Shown here piece by piece: positions 1-13,405 of a stretch of DNA of 64,000 nt (its first letter is position 1; every line of letters starts with the position of its first letter). Both the position numbers and the translations under genes were made by a program. Origin of the DNA: Isurus oxyrinchus (lineage: Eukaryota); the NCBI GenBank assembly GCA_026770705.1, contig JANJGN010000049.1, positions 4,216,001 through 4,280,000 of the forward strand. The letters run 5' to 3'. The notes beneath the pieces were generated by a model. The model ran no database searches. It was not told the DNA's origin and saw nothing but the letters and a program-made list of their open reading frames with translations.

Positions 1-788
1 ATGTGAATGATAAATGGGTTCTCACAATAGTGGGAGGTTAATTTATTAGTGAATCTTCATCTACTTTCATGCTGCCATTTATCCATTGATGCGTTTTTGA
101 CATCCAAAAGTTTCAGAAATATTACCAAACAGAAACAGACTGTCACCTCCAACAGGTCGATGTTTAGATTCCCCAACAGAATTAGTCCTAATCTCACAGA
201 CCCCCCAGTCCGCCACACTTTTTCTCCCTTTGTCATTCCATTATCTTTATAACATGTTCTTCTATGTTGCCCTGGTCTCTGCTTCAATCATTGACTCTGC
301 TAATACATTTAATAGTCTCCATGGAGAAAACAACTCATCCAGCTCAGGAATAGAGCCCATATGTTCAAGTATTTTGCCCTACCTGTACTTCCACACACGA
401 GGCAGAATGCCACTGACTGAGCTGGATCCTTTCTGTCCCCTCAGCTCCAATCCTACCGTGTGGAGCTGAACAAGAACAATTTTCACTGATTGACATTTAA
501 TCCAATAAAACACCGCAAAGCAATTCACAGGAAGCATTCCCAAAGTTTGATCGTGACCCACCCAGAAGTAGATATTAGGATGGGTAGCCAGGAACGAGGT
601 AAAAGGGGTAAGTTTTAAGGAGCATCTTAAAGGAGTGGAGAGAGAGTGGACAGAGGTGGAGAGTTTGAGGGAGTGAATTCCATCACTTGGAGTCTCGGCA
701 GCTGAAAGTGAATGAAAGATGAAAGTGAGATGAGAGCTTAATAGTGAATTGACTCTAACTTTCTGAAATGGTCTGATCCATTTTTCAG

Positions 789-2663
789 AAGTGAGTCAAA
801 TCGCGGAGTCACAGGAAAGTACACCACAGGAGGAGATGGTTTGACCCACTGTGACTGTAAGAGCTGTGCAACCAGTCCCACATCCACCTCCTTTCCCCAC
901 ACAGGAGGAGATGGTTTGACCCACTGTGTCTGTAAGAGCTGTGTAACCAGTGCCACATCCACATCCTTTCCCCACACAGGAGGAGATGGTTTGATCCACT
1001 GTGTCTGCAAGAGCTGTGAAACCAGTCCCACATCCGCACCCTATCCCCACACAGAAGGAGATGGTTTTACCCACTGTGTCTGTAAGAGCTGTGAAACCAG
1101 TCCCACATCCGCACCCTTTCCACACACAGGAGGAGATGGTTTGATCCACTGTGTCTGCAAGAGCTGTGAAACCAGTCCCACATCCACACCCTTTCCCAAT
1201 ACAGGAGTGGATGGTTTGACCCACTGTGTCTGTAAGAGCTGTGAAACCAGTCCCACATCCACACTCTTTCCCCACACAGGAGGAGATGGTTTGACCCACT
1301 GTGACTGCAAGAGCTGTGAAACCAGTCCCACATCCACACCCTTTCCCCATACAGGAGTAGATGGTTTGACCCACTGTGTCTGTAAGAGCTGGAAAACCAG
1401 TCCCACATCCACACTCTTTCCCCACACAGGAGGAGATGGTTTGACCCACTGTGACTGCAAGAGCTGTGAAACCAGTCCCACATCCGCACCCTTTCCCCAC
1501 ACAGGAGGAGATGGTTTGACCCACTGTGTCTGTAAGAGCTGTGAAACCAGTCACACATCCGCACCCTTTCCCGACACAGGAGGAGATGGTTTGACCCACT
1601 GTGTCTGTAAGAGCTGTGAAACCAGTCCCACATCCACACCCTTTCCCCACACAGGAGGAGATGCTTTGACCCACTGTGTCTGTAAGAGCTGTGAAACCAG
1701 TCCCACATCCACACCCTTTCCCCACACAGGAGGAGATGGTTTGACCCACTGTATCTGTAAGAGCTGTGCAACCTGTCCCACATCCGCACTCTTTCCCCAC
1801 ACAGGAGGAGATGGTTTGACCCACTGTGTGTGCAAGAGCTGTGAAACCAGTCCCACATGCACACCCTTTCCCCACACAGGAGGAGATGGTTTGACCCACT
1901 GTGTCTGCAAGAGCTGTGAAACCAGTCCCACATCCACACCCTTTCCCCACACAGGAGGAGATGGTTTGACCCACTGTGTCTGTAAGAGCTGTGAAACCAG
2001 TCCCACATCCACACCCTTTCCCCACACAGGAGGAGATGGTTTGACCCACTGTGTCTGTAAGAGCTGTGAAACCAGTCCCACATCCACACTCTTTCCCCAC
2101 ACAGGAGGAGATGGTTTGACCCACTGTGTCTGTAAGAGCTGTGAAACCAGTCCCACATCCACATCCTTTCCCCACACAGGAGGAGATGGTTTGACCCACT
2201 GTGTCTGTAAGAGCTGTGAAACCAGTCCCACATCCACACCCTTTCCCCACACAGGAGGAGATGGTTTGACCCACTGTGTCTGTAAGAGCTGTGAAACCAG
2301 TCCCACATCCACACCCTTTCTCCACACAGGAGGAGATGGTTTGACCCACTGTGTCTGTAAGAGCTGTGAAACCAGTCCCACATCCACACCCTTTCTCCAC
2401 ACAGGAGGAGATGGTTTGACCCACTGTATCTGTAAGAGCTGTCAAACCAGTCCCACATCCACACCCTTTCCCCACACAGGAGGAGATGGTTTGACCCACT
2501 GTGTCTGTAAGAGCTGTGAAACCAGTCCCACATCCACACCCTTTCCCCACATTGCTGCAGATTTTCCTCCTTCTCGTCTTCCCTTTTCAAGGCTGCAATT
2601 CATCCTGTCTGCACCGTCCTATTAGGCAGTGATTTCCAATAAATCACTTTCCATTTTAAATAA
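789..2663 (+). other. Putative terminal exon of an unidentified gene lying mostly upstream of the window
   Basis: Branch-like ctctaac (753-759) and acceptor ccatttttcAG (787-788); AATAAA at 2638-2643 and 2658-2663. Phase 1 reading gives xVSQIAESQESTPQEEMV*; phase 2 reading stays open to TAG at 2623-2625. Confidence 0.45.
826..2550. repeat. 75-bp tandem repeat (VNTR), exactly 23 units
   Basis: Consensus acaggaggagatggtttgacccactgtgtctgtaagagctgtgaaaccagtcccacatccacaccctttccccac; 1725 bp = 23 x 75; substitutions only, no indels seen. Confidence 0.97.
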
Positions 2664-4261
2664 AACACCTTATTGCCTCTGGTACTTCGGATACTCATCT
2701 TAAATCAGTGCCATCTGGTTATCGACCCTCCATCCATTTGAAGCAGTTTCTCTTTAATTTCTCTATCTGAACCTTTCATGATTTTAATCAGCTCGATCAC
2801 AATTCCTGTTTTTCCTTCTCGGCTTTCAGAAGAACAACCTCAGATTCTTCCGTCCATGAACTAAACTGTATTTCCTCATTTCTGAATTTGAACGCGGGTT
2901 TGTATCATCACAACCGTGTTTTCTCCATGTCCCATTTGGGGTGAAAAACAAGATATTGTTTAGCTGAAGAGTTAATGGATAACCGCAGCATTGGCAAATT
3001 TTAGGGAATATTTTCTGGCAGTGAAAGGACACATAAAAAAGCCTGGAACTGTGCAGCAGTCAATATCCAAGGGTATATAAAGAGAAAATATTTGACTGTT
3101 CTCGATCTACCGACCTCCCATACAATTGTTACATGTAGTAACTAATTACACCACGGAAACATGTACCAAGGTGAGTTGCAAGATACCTAAAGCTGGTATT
3201 AACAAGCTGAAGTTTCAGATTGTTGCCACAATAATTGCAGTTGTCCTCATTCCGTTTCTGTTACTGATGGACAGTGATAAGATGCAAGGCACAAGGAATA
3301 AACTGACTGAAGGGATGATGCTGCGAGGCTAAATATGGGGGATTAAAGGATAAGTTTTTCTGCTTGATGTTCAAACCGGCAGAAATATCACTCCTGATCA
3401 AACAATCGCAGCCACTATTTCAAAGCAGCACGCCAAACCGAGAAGTGTAACTTCCTATAATTATATATTTCCCAAGAGCATGGTTGTTTTTTCACCCTCA
3501 TTCTGCCATTTTATAACCCAATCCAGCAAATATATTTTCTTACCTTGTATCCTGTTCGTTGGAAGTCAAGACATAGAGCAAATTCAGTGTGTTTTCTTGT
3601 CATTTCTTGAATGAGATTTTGGAACCAGGCTCGTTGAAGGTCACTTTTATCAGTGCCAATCCTTCACTGTCTCTTGATGTTTAAAACAGGCACTGTTATC
3701 ATCAGCCTGTTATGTGCCTTACATAAGAAAATAAGAACTAGGAGCAGGAGTAGGTAATTCAGCCCCTCCAGCCTGGCCCACCATTCAATACAACCATGCC
3801 TCATCTCATTTTGGCCTCAATCTCTCCTGGTTCCATTCTTCTCTATCTAATCATAGCTAGAGAATCACTTGGAATGTCTTCCCTTCCCACTCCCACAGTT
3901 CCCTCTGTTGTCCCCCAGAGGATCCAGCCTTGGCTTCATCTTATTTCTCATCAACATGTTCCCCACAACGACATCATCTGAAAACACAATGTCAGTTATC
4001 AAGTGTACACTGACAGTGCCCAGCTCTACCTCACCACCACCTCTCTCCACTTCTCCACTTTTGTTAAATTATCAGACTGTTGTCTGATATCCAATGGTGA
4101 ATGTGCAGAAATTTCCTCCAATTAAGTATTGGGAAGACTGAACCCATTGTTTTCATCCCCGAGCTACCAACTCCATTCCTCTTCCTCACAACTGTCTGAA
4201 TCTAAACCAGACTTTTTGCACACTTGATGCCAGATTTGACCTCGAGATGTGATTCCAACTT

Positions 4262-4600
4262 GTGTGTGTGTGTGTGTGTGTGTGTCCCGCTGATTTTCCA
4301 GTCACACTGATGATGTAAATATTTCCCCACAGACAGAACAGACAAACAATTCTCCTTCCACAATCAGAGGCTGATCAGATATGAATTCAGTGATTCTATA
4401 AGATCTTGCAAGATTTTTGGTTTGAGTTTTCCCATCTGAAAATGCTCTCCCTCTAATCCCCTGTAAACAGAGTTGACAAAAGCCATCACTGTCAGTACAG
4501 GATAGAAATTCAGAACAGACTATTCTAGTTTCTATGGAACATTCTTTCTCCTTTCATTCCCCCAAATCTATAAATCCCTGTCCCACACACTCCTCCACCT
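4262..4600 (-). pseudogene. Truncated C2H2-ZNF gene relic (acceptor, 5' exon segment, one dead finger ending in a CA microsatellite)
   Basis: Paralogous to 8560-8890; translates VEGELFVCSVCGEIFTSSV*LENQRDTHT, then (CA)n at 4262-4284. Confidence 0.75.
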
Positions 4601-5995
4601 CTCTGCTCATTGTTCCAGATTCAGTGCCTAGTCACCTAATAATTCTTTTCCCCTCTCCAAATTCTCTCTCTTCCTGTCCTTAAATTGGTGGGTCAGGCTG
4701 TGGGTCAATCCCACTCCTTCACTCTAATTCTACCAAATAATTCAACTCAAAACAACAAATCATTTTTAATTACTTGATTCGTCATTTGGATGTTTGGAAA
4801 GAATCACCTTTTTCCTAACTGTGGAGAACAGAAAATCTAGTGATTAATTCAGAGCCTCTTTCTCCCCAGGTCTGTTCCAACAAGCTGTGTCTATCGAAGT
4901 TACATTGATACAGACTCACTCACTCAGGAAGTGATCAGATCTCAGTGAACTATGACACAAACTGTGTCTATCTGAGTTACGTTGATACAGACTCAATAAG
5001 TGATCAGGGCTAACTGAAATACAACAACAAATGCAACAACTTATACTTATATTGAGCTTCTAATGTAATACATTGTCCCAAGAATTACACAGGGGCATAA
5101 AGACATATTAGGTCAGATGACCAAATGCTTGGTCAATGATGTCGGTTATAAGGAGGGACTGAAAGGGGGAAAGTGAATTAGAAAGGTGGAGAGGTTTAAG
5201 GAGGAAATTCCAGAGCTGAAGGCCCGGCCACCAATGGTGGAGTGATTAAAATCGGGGATGAAGGACATCAGGTAATGATGCTCCGTGTATGTGAGCCCCA
5301 TAGCCCAAGCTCACGGCCCAATTCTGAACTTTGGGACATAGTTTGACTGTCCCGGGTCTCAGAGAAAAACAATTCCCCAAATAAACATGTTGGATTTTTG
5401 TTTATTGATACCATAAGAAGTTTGGACCAGTTGAGTCCTCCTGTGTACTCGATGGGGATTGACTTTAACAGAGTTAAAATCCTCTGGATTTCAGTGTTAG
5501 AACAAGAACATGTTTTAGCCAAAAACAAAAATATAGAAATACTGAACAAACCTGAGGAAATACACAGCAGGTCAATAACCATTAGAAAGTGATAAGTTAA
5601 TAGTCACTGTTTCAGGTGGGACTCCTTCAGAATGAACACTTCCCACCACCAGCACCAACCCCCCACCCCCCCCATCCCCCTCCCTGTAAACTGAACATTC
5701 CTCCACCCACTCATCCACCCATTGCACATCCACCCAATGGCTCCCAGCCTGGATTGACATTCAGCATGAACCTAGTGAGAGGGTGAGCTGGCCCACGGGA
5801 TGTCAGAATGGACAAGAGCTGGAAGTGGTTCCAATCAATACATTTTTTGTGTCATTGTTAAAAACAGGAAATTTAATATTTTGTTAAACCCCCATGTGCG
5901 CACCCTTGGTGAATTACAATTTCTCACCCAGTCCTTTCCTCTGCCTTCAACATGATGCATCCTATGTGGGTTCAGCAGAGGTAGAGACAGAATGC

Positions 5996-6410
5996 TCAGG
6001 AGATGGGGGCAGAGTGTCTGGACATGGAGGCAGAGGGTCGGGAGAGGGAGCAGAGGGTCAGGAGATGGGGCAGAGTGTCGGGAGATGAGGGCAGAGTGTC
6101 TGGAGATGGGGGCAGAGTGTCGGGAGATGGGGGCAGAGTGTCGGGAGATGGAGGCAGAGGGTCGGGAGATGGGGCAGAGTGTCGGGAGATGGGGGCAGAG
6201 TGTCGGGAGATGGGGGCGGAGTGTCGGGAGATGGGGGCAAGAGTGTCGGGAGATGGGGGCAAGAGTGTCGGGAGATGGGGGCGGAGTGTCGGGAGATGGG
6301 GGCGGAGTGTCGGGAGATGGGGGCGGAGTGTCGGGAGATGGGGGCGGAGTGTCGGGAGATGGGGGCGGAGTGTCGGGAGATGGGGGCGGAGTGTCGGGAG
6401 ATGGGGGGCA
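5996..6410. repeat. 21-bp G-rich minisatellite, about 19-20 units
   Basis: Unit gggggcggagtgtcgggagat, homogeneous at the 3' end, variants with cag or 20/22-bp length toward the 5' end. Confidence 0.95.
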
Positions 6411-7379
6411 GCTTTTTGGGAGACTGGACGTGTATACTTCACATGTTCATCTTGATAATTTACAACACTATTCCTGATGTCCAGGAGCTGCCTCACTTAC
6501 TTTCCTATTAATTCCAGTTGCTGATCTATCAGTAATGGACTTGCTGCCATCTCGAACAAAACTGTTTTCACCACTAAGGCTCTGCTGGTATTTAATAGTC
6601 TTCATGACATCATCGCACTGGGACTGGATGACATCATCGCACTGGGATTGGATGACATCATTAAAGTCCATTGTTTCTTAATGATCCACATCAATAGCAA
6701 GAGGAAATATTAATAAACCTGAGTACATTATCTAGGCTGACACTCCAGGGTGACATTGAGGGACTGCTGCACTGTCAGAGACAGCATCCTTCAGATGAAA
6801 CTTGTGGAGGCTCTGGTCACAATCCTCCTTATATAGTAGTGGTGTCAAAGGACTGACATATTGTAAATGTTACACCCCTGTTCAAAAACACAGCAATTCC
6901 AGGACAATCAGCTTCATATCAGTGGTGGGGAAAGGTTGGAGACAATAATCCGGGAGAAAATCAATTGGCACTTGGAAAAGTATCGGTTATTTCCAGCATT
7001 TTGTTTTTAATACCGATACTTCCCTGGATCCCAAGGCTCTCTGGGAGGTGTGGGGAGTTGGGACTTATCCATGAGAGTAACCAAAGGTCTGAGAACTGAA
7101 AGAACCTAGAGTGAGAAAGGAGAAAAGATCCAAAAATGGAGCAGTTGGGAACAGGACATCAATTAGTCTCCTCTTATCCTGGAGAAATCAAGGACTCGAC
7201 ATCCTGAGAGTTTGAAACAAAGCTGAGTTACTTAACAGACTTCAAGATATTAAACTTCAGCCCAGTTACAGGGATTATTAACATCAGCAGAAACAAACCA
7301 CAACTATCAGAATGAACATGGTTCAGTTCTGGATGTGATTAACAGCAGCAATAACAGCAGAATCCAACCCCTGCAGACA

Positions 7380-8386
<1,007 letters not shown>

Positions 8387-9261
8387 GGTGCAGGTGTCCC
8401 GGTGTCTCTCCAAGTTTGGTGATCAGTTGAAGCCTCGTCCACACAAAGAATACGTGTACAGTTTCTCCCCACTGTGAATGGTGTGATGTTATTTCAGGCT
8501 GTGTAACTGGTTAAAGCTCTTTCCACAGTCAGTTCACTGGAACACGCTCACTCGGGTGTGTGTGTCTCAGTACTTTTCCAGTTACACTGATGTTTGAAAT
8601 ATTTTCCCACAGACAGAACAGACAAACATTTCTCCCTCCACATTCAAAGGTGATGATATTCAGGTCCTGATGAATCGAGTGACTCTGTCAGATCTTGATG
8701 TGATGTTTGGTTTGAGTTTCCTGCCTGAAAATCCTCCCCTTCTAATTCTCTGTAAAAGGAGTTTACAAGTGTCATCACTGTAAGAACAGGATAGAAATTC
8801 AGAACAGACAATTCTAGTTTCTACGGAACATTTTTTCCTCTCTTGTTCCCTGAAAGCTGCAAATCCCCATCCCACACACTCTCCCTCCTCCCTGTGCTGA
8901 CATCCAAACAGAGTTTTGGACAATTCCTTCTGTATCTTTTTAACAAATTTCTACAACTAGAGGTGACAATATGTCTGATCATTCACTTCAGTCATTACTC
9001 GTGACAAAACATTAATCTGAAACCCTCCGACTGACCAGGCAGAATAGCAGATGTTAACCTTGTGTCCAAAACTTACTGTGTGGAGACTTAATGAGTGATC
9101 GTGTAGGTGGTTTCTCCAAACGTCCCAAGGTTTCCTTCCTTCTCTCCCTCTCTGAGTCAGACCTGGGATCAGTCTCATGGCCCATTCTGGTTCCTGTTTC
9201 TCTTCCTGATGATTAATTAACTCCAATTAAACACTGAGAAGACTGAAGACACAGTCTTTGG

Positions 9262-9880
9262 TCCCTGCTCCAATCTCCATTTCCCAGATACCAACTCCAT
9301 CCCTCACCCTGGGAGCAGTCTGAGATTAAACCAGTCTGTTCACAACCTTGGTGTCACATGTGATCTCGAAATGAGTTGCTGATCTCATGTCTGTGCTATC
9401 ACTAAGATCGCCTGTTTCCACCTCCGTAATATCACCTGACCTCACCCCTGTCTCAGGAGTGTCTCATCTGCTGCTGAAACCCTCATCACTGCCATTTTCA
9501 ACTCCAGACTCAACCATTCCAACACACTCCTGGCTGGTCTCCGACATTCTACCCTCCGTAACCTTGAAGACATCCATATTTTTCCTGTCTGTGTCTTCAC
9601 TCACAGCAAGCCCATTCCCTGACCTTTCTTGCCTCCCGTTCAAGCAGCAACTTGATTTTAAAATTCTCAGCCTTGTTTTCAAATCCTCCCATGGCCTCCT
9701 CTCTCCCAATCTCTGCAATCTACTGCAGACCCACAACCCTCTATGGTATCTGCACAGCTCTAATTCTAGCATTCCCTGTTTTAATTGCTCCACCATTAGC
9801 GTCCGTGCCTTCAGTTCCCTTGACCCCAAGCTCTGAGATTCTCTCCCTCTGTCTTCCACACTTTCCCCCTTTAAGACAAT
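9262..9880 (+). mobile_element. L2-group LINE 3' fragment
   Basis: Degenerate RT C-terminal and 3' sequence (ttttaaaattctc...ccatggcctc...ctctgcaat), shared with the host element at 15930-17870. Confidence 0.6.
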
Positions 9881-9892
9881 TGAGTATTAATA

Positions 9893-10277
9893 AAAAAAGA
9901 CATTTTGTCAAAATTTTATCTTGTACTCATCAGGATAGAGGGAAGAATACTAAATTTCAAAAATTATCAGTCGGGCTCATAATGTGGCTGACTTACACTT
10001 GCTAGAAGCTCCGTATGTTCATCCACAGGGACCTGTCCTCTGCAGGCAGAAGGAACAAGTCCAGGCACGGGGCCTATTGTGGAATTAAACCAAAGCACAG
10101 AGGATGACAGCTCCTGGCTGTGTTCTCCATGACAACAACCAATCAGAGCTGACTGGCCAAACAATCTGCACCCTTTTCTCATACAGTAGAAATTGTGGTT
10201 CCCTTTGAAATTTGGGATTCTTGTGTCTGTCCTGGTGAGTGCAAGTCAAAAAGCTTTGACAGCTTGTCTCTTTTTAC
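9893..10277. mobile_element. Old non-autonomous element with about 70-bp inverted ends, probably Penelope-derived
   Basis: 9895-9965 is an imperfect reverse complement of 10205-10275; both ends carry a cctg(a)tgagt(g)caag...aaa hammerhead-like relic. Confidence 0.5.
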
Positions 10278-10529
10278 AATTATAATCAAATTCCGTACAA
10301 CCAAACGACTATTTAAGTATTTTGGACACCTCCTTCCGTGTCTGGATGTCACACTTTGTTTTATAATTTCCCTGTGAAGCTCACTGGAATGATGTATGAT
10401 GTTAATAGGAGTTGTTGTTGTTTCTGACTATTGCCCTGATCTCCTGTTTTACAACAACCCATTGATTTCACACCAAACTCTATCTCTGATTTATTGTCCC
10501 TCCTGCGGGTCATTCATCCGTTTCTGCAG

Positions 10530-11060
10530 CCTCTGTAAAGATGGCGTGCACGCATGCGCCCTGTTGGACATTGCCCCCTACAAATATGGTCACCGCACAT
10601 GCGCTCTGCTGCTTCTTGCCCCCTCTAAAATGGCAGCCGTTATCTCGGGCCTACTTCCGGAGAAACAGCCTAATCAGTGGTTGGACGGATGATTCCTTAT
10701 TGAGGGTTTAGGACAGAGGCCGTGAATCCATAAAGCCTCTCAATTTACCCGCCGACCCTATCTATGCTCATGGGTTTTTTTTTCTGGCTCTCATTCCACA
10801 CTCAGTCTTTGTAAATCCCACATTTTAAATCCGCTCGTTCGAGCTCTCCCCACGTCTGACTTCACGCTCTGCACATGCCCCAGCTCACAATGATTGACGG
10901 CAGCTCCGGCCTGGAGCACAGAGCATGAGCGGCTGGTTCTCCGACCAATCGGAGTGAATGAGGGGCGTGGCCGATCTTGCATTGAAGCATGCGCACTACC
11001 AGTGCAGAACTAGGATGAAGGCGGTCGGGTGACAGTCGAGCGGGTGAGAAAGGGCCGAGT
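10530..11060. promoter_or_regulatory. CpG-rich, probably bidirectional ZNF promoter
   Basis: YY1-type AAGATGGCG (10538-10546) and AAAATGGC (about 10627); NRF1-type CGCATGCGC (10551-10559) and GCATGCGCA (about 10988); ETS ACTTCCGG (10653-10660); CCAAT (about 10945). Lies between the minus-strand ZNF and a plus-strand ZNF relic. Confidence 0.6.
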
Positions 11061-11159
11061 GCAGGAACGGAATGGAGCCGGAGGGTGGACTGGAAGGATT
11101 CACAAACACCCGGATTAGAAACTTTCGGAGCCCAGTTTACACCGAGTGTTTGGAAACTC

Positions 11160-11430
11160 CTTTTCCAGGGAGTTAGAATGGGAGGATTTACACACAGTAA
11201 ACTCAAACCAAGAGAAATAATTGTCTCTTCTCAATTTCTACCCCAGACTGACAGGGAATTTTTTTTATAAACTCCTTTTTACAGGATTTCCAATGGGAAG
11301 GATTTGCAGATGGAGAAACTCAAACCAAACATCACATCAAGGTCTGACAGAGTCACTTGAGTCATCAGGATCTAAATGACTTTGACTGTGAAAGGAAAAA
11401 GGTTTGTCTGTTCTGTTTGTGGGAAAAGCA
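11160..11430 (+). pseudogene. Truncated ZNF gene relic, divergent from the 8.4-kb ZNF
   Basis: Acceptor ttttttacag followed by aaactcaaaccaaacatcacatcaag...tttgtctgttctgtttgtgggaaa; cut off by a CR1 insertion. Confidence 0.7.
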
Positions 11431-11431
11431 C

Positions 11432-12860
11432 CGAGATTTTCAAAATCCTGGTTAGACTGCACCTAAACCACTGTAATAAAAATAAAAATGCTGGAAGTGC
11501 TCAGCAGGTCTGGCAACATCTGTGAGAGAAACAGATTTAACGTTTCAGGTCAACATGATCTTTCATCAGGACAGGAATACTGTGTTCAGTTCTGGGCAGC
11601 ACCTTAGGAAGGATTAACTATATTGGCCTTAGTGGGACAGCAGTGCAGATGTACCTGAATAACACTTGGATTCCAAGGGTTAAATTATGAGGAGAGGTCA
11701 AACAAATGTGTCAGAGTCATCGCAGCATAGAAAGAGGCCATTCAGCCCATTGAGTTCATGCCAGCTCTCGGTAAAGCAATCCAGTCTGTCTCATTGCCCC
11801 GCAGTGTCTTCAACCCCCTGCATATTTCTCTTAAATGCTGGTCCAATTTAATTTTAAAGCATTGATCATGTCTACTTCCAGCCTGCTCGTAGGCAGAGTG
11901 TTCTGGGTTATTACCACTTGTTGTGTAAAATGTTCCTCCCTGTATTTGCCCTGTATCTATTGCCCATAACCTTCAATCTGTGTCCTCCTAATCCTTGTAC
12001 CATCACCAAATGGAAACAACATTTTCTTTGTCCACCTTATCTGAACCTGTCACAATCTTGTTCACCTCTAACAAATCTCCCCTCAACTCTGTAACTCCAA
12101 GAAGAACAACTTCAGCTTCTCCAATCTCACTTTGTAACCGAATTCCCTTTTTCCTGGAACCATTCTGGTAAATCTCCTCCACATCCTCTCAAGGACCCTC
12201 ACACCTTTCCTAAAGTGTGGAGACCAGAACTGGATGCAATACTCCTGTTGTGACCTAACCAGAGCTTTATAACGAGTCAGCTTTTTTTCCTTGCGTTTAT
12301 ACACATTAATTCTGCTTATGAAGCCCACAATCTCATCCATTTTGCAAACTGCTCTCTCAATATGTCCTTTCGCCTTCAAATGTGTATGCACATCAACTCC
12401 CAGTTCCCTGAGTCCCTGCACACCCTTTAGAACTGTACCCTATTCATTCTGCTAATATTCATCATCTCACTGTGAGGTTTGTATTCCCTGGAATTTAAAA
12501 GATTGAAGAGGATTTTCTTGAAGTTTTCATGATATTAATTGGAAATGGTGTGGTAGATAGAGGGGAACAATTTCCATTGGTTCGGGAATCCCGGACTGAG
12601 GAACATGGTCTAAAAATTAGAGACAGACCTTTCAGGAATGAGATTAGGAAAATCTTTTCCAGGTAAAGTTGGGAGAAGTTTGGAATTCTCTTCCTGAATT
12701 GGCAGTTCATGCTTGATCAATGTTCAGTTTCAATCTGGCATTGATAGATCCTTCCTAACCCAAGGTATAAATTCAGGGACATGAGATAAAGGGTCACAGA
12801 TCAGCCGTGATCTGATTGCATGGTGAGACAAGCTCGAGGGACTAAATGGCCCACTACTAG
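11432..12860. mobile_element. Nested CR1-type LINE fragments: + strand copy split by a Penelope terminal fragment (about 11475-11575) and a minus-strand CR1 (about 11705-12440)
   Basis: ORF 12083-12421 (-) YKALVRSQQEYCIQFWSPHFRK...LERMWRRFTRMVPG matches the CR1 ORF2 C-terminus. Confidence 0.8.
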
Positions 12861-13089
12861 AATCATCGAAACTTAGAGCACAGAAGGAGGCCATTCAACC
12901 CTTTGTTCTTGTGCTGTCTCTTTGAAAGAGCAGTCATGTTTAGTCCCACACACCCACTTTCTGTTTGTAATCCTGTAAGTTTCTCAATCCCAAATTCCTG
13001 TCAACTCCCTTTTAAAATTCCTGAATCAGGTTCCAGCACCTTTTCAGGTAGAATGTTCCAGATCCTGACAACTCACTGTTGGTGCAGAA

Positions 13090-13405
13090 ACTGCTGAACT
13101 TGATGTTGAGTGTGGAAGGTTGTAAAGAGCCGAATCAAAAGATGAGCTGCTGTTCCTCGAGCCCCCATTGAGCTTCATTGGAACAGTGCAGGAGGCCGAG
13201 GACAGAGAGGTCAGAGTGGGAGTGGGGTGGAAAATTAAAATGACAAGTGACCGGAAGCTCAGGGTCAAGCTCACAAACTGAACGGAGGTTGTTCCACAAA
13301 GTCATTACCCAATCTGTGTTTGGTCTTCCCAATGTAGAGCAGACCGCATCGTGAGCAGTGAATACAGTAACTAAACTGCAAGAAGTACAAATAAATCACT
13401 GTTTG
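13090..13405 (-). mobile_element. Penelope-like element fragment (GIY-YIG region)
   Basis: NLRSVCELDPELPVTCHFNFPPHSHSDLSVLGLLHCSNEAQWGLEEQQLIF, homologous to the 16.6-16.9 kb copy. Confidence 0.8.

Noticed and set aside
1-480. Short ORFs at the window start
   Set aside because: No recognisable domain, stops in all extended frames, and no convincing splice signals.
826-2550. CRISPR-like array, or minus-strand Cys/Gly-rich keratin-associated or metallothionein-like ORFs (796-2550, 1067-2590)
   Set aside because: Units are contiguous with no unique spacers and the DNA is vertebrate. The minus-strand ORFs start at non-ATG or unsupported codons, lack exon signals, and are open because the 75-bp unit has no stop in those frames.
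5992-6511. Overlapping ORFs with GAECREM, VSGDGGG or PHLPTLR repeats
   Set aside because: Translation by-products of the 21-bp minisatellite; frames switch with unit length.
6605-6660. Short tandem duplications (24 bp here, 30 bp at about 18930-19000, 66 bp at about 54945-55055)
   Set aside because: Only 2-2.5 copies each and no associated signals; consistent with local slippage.
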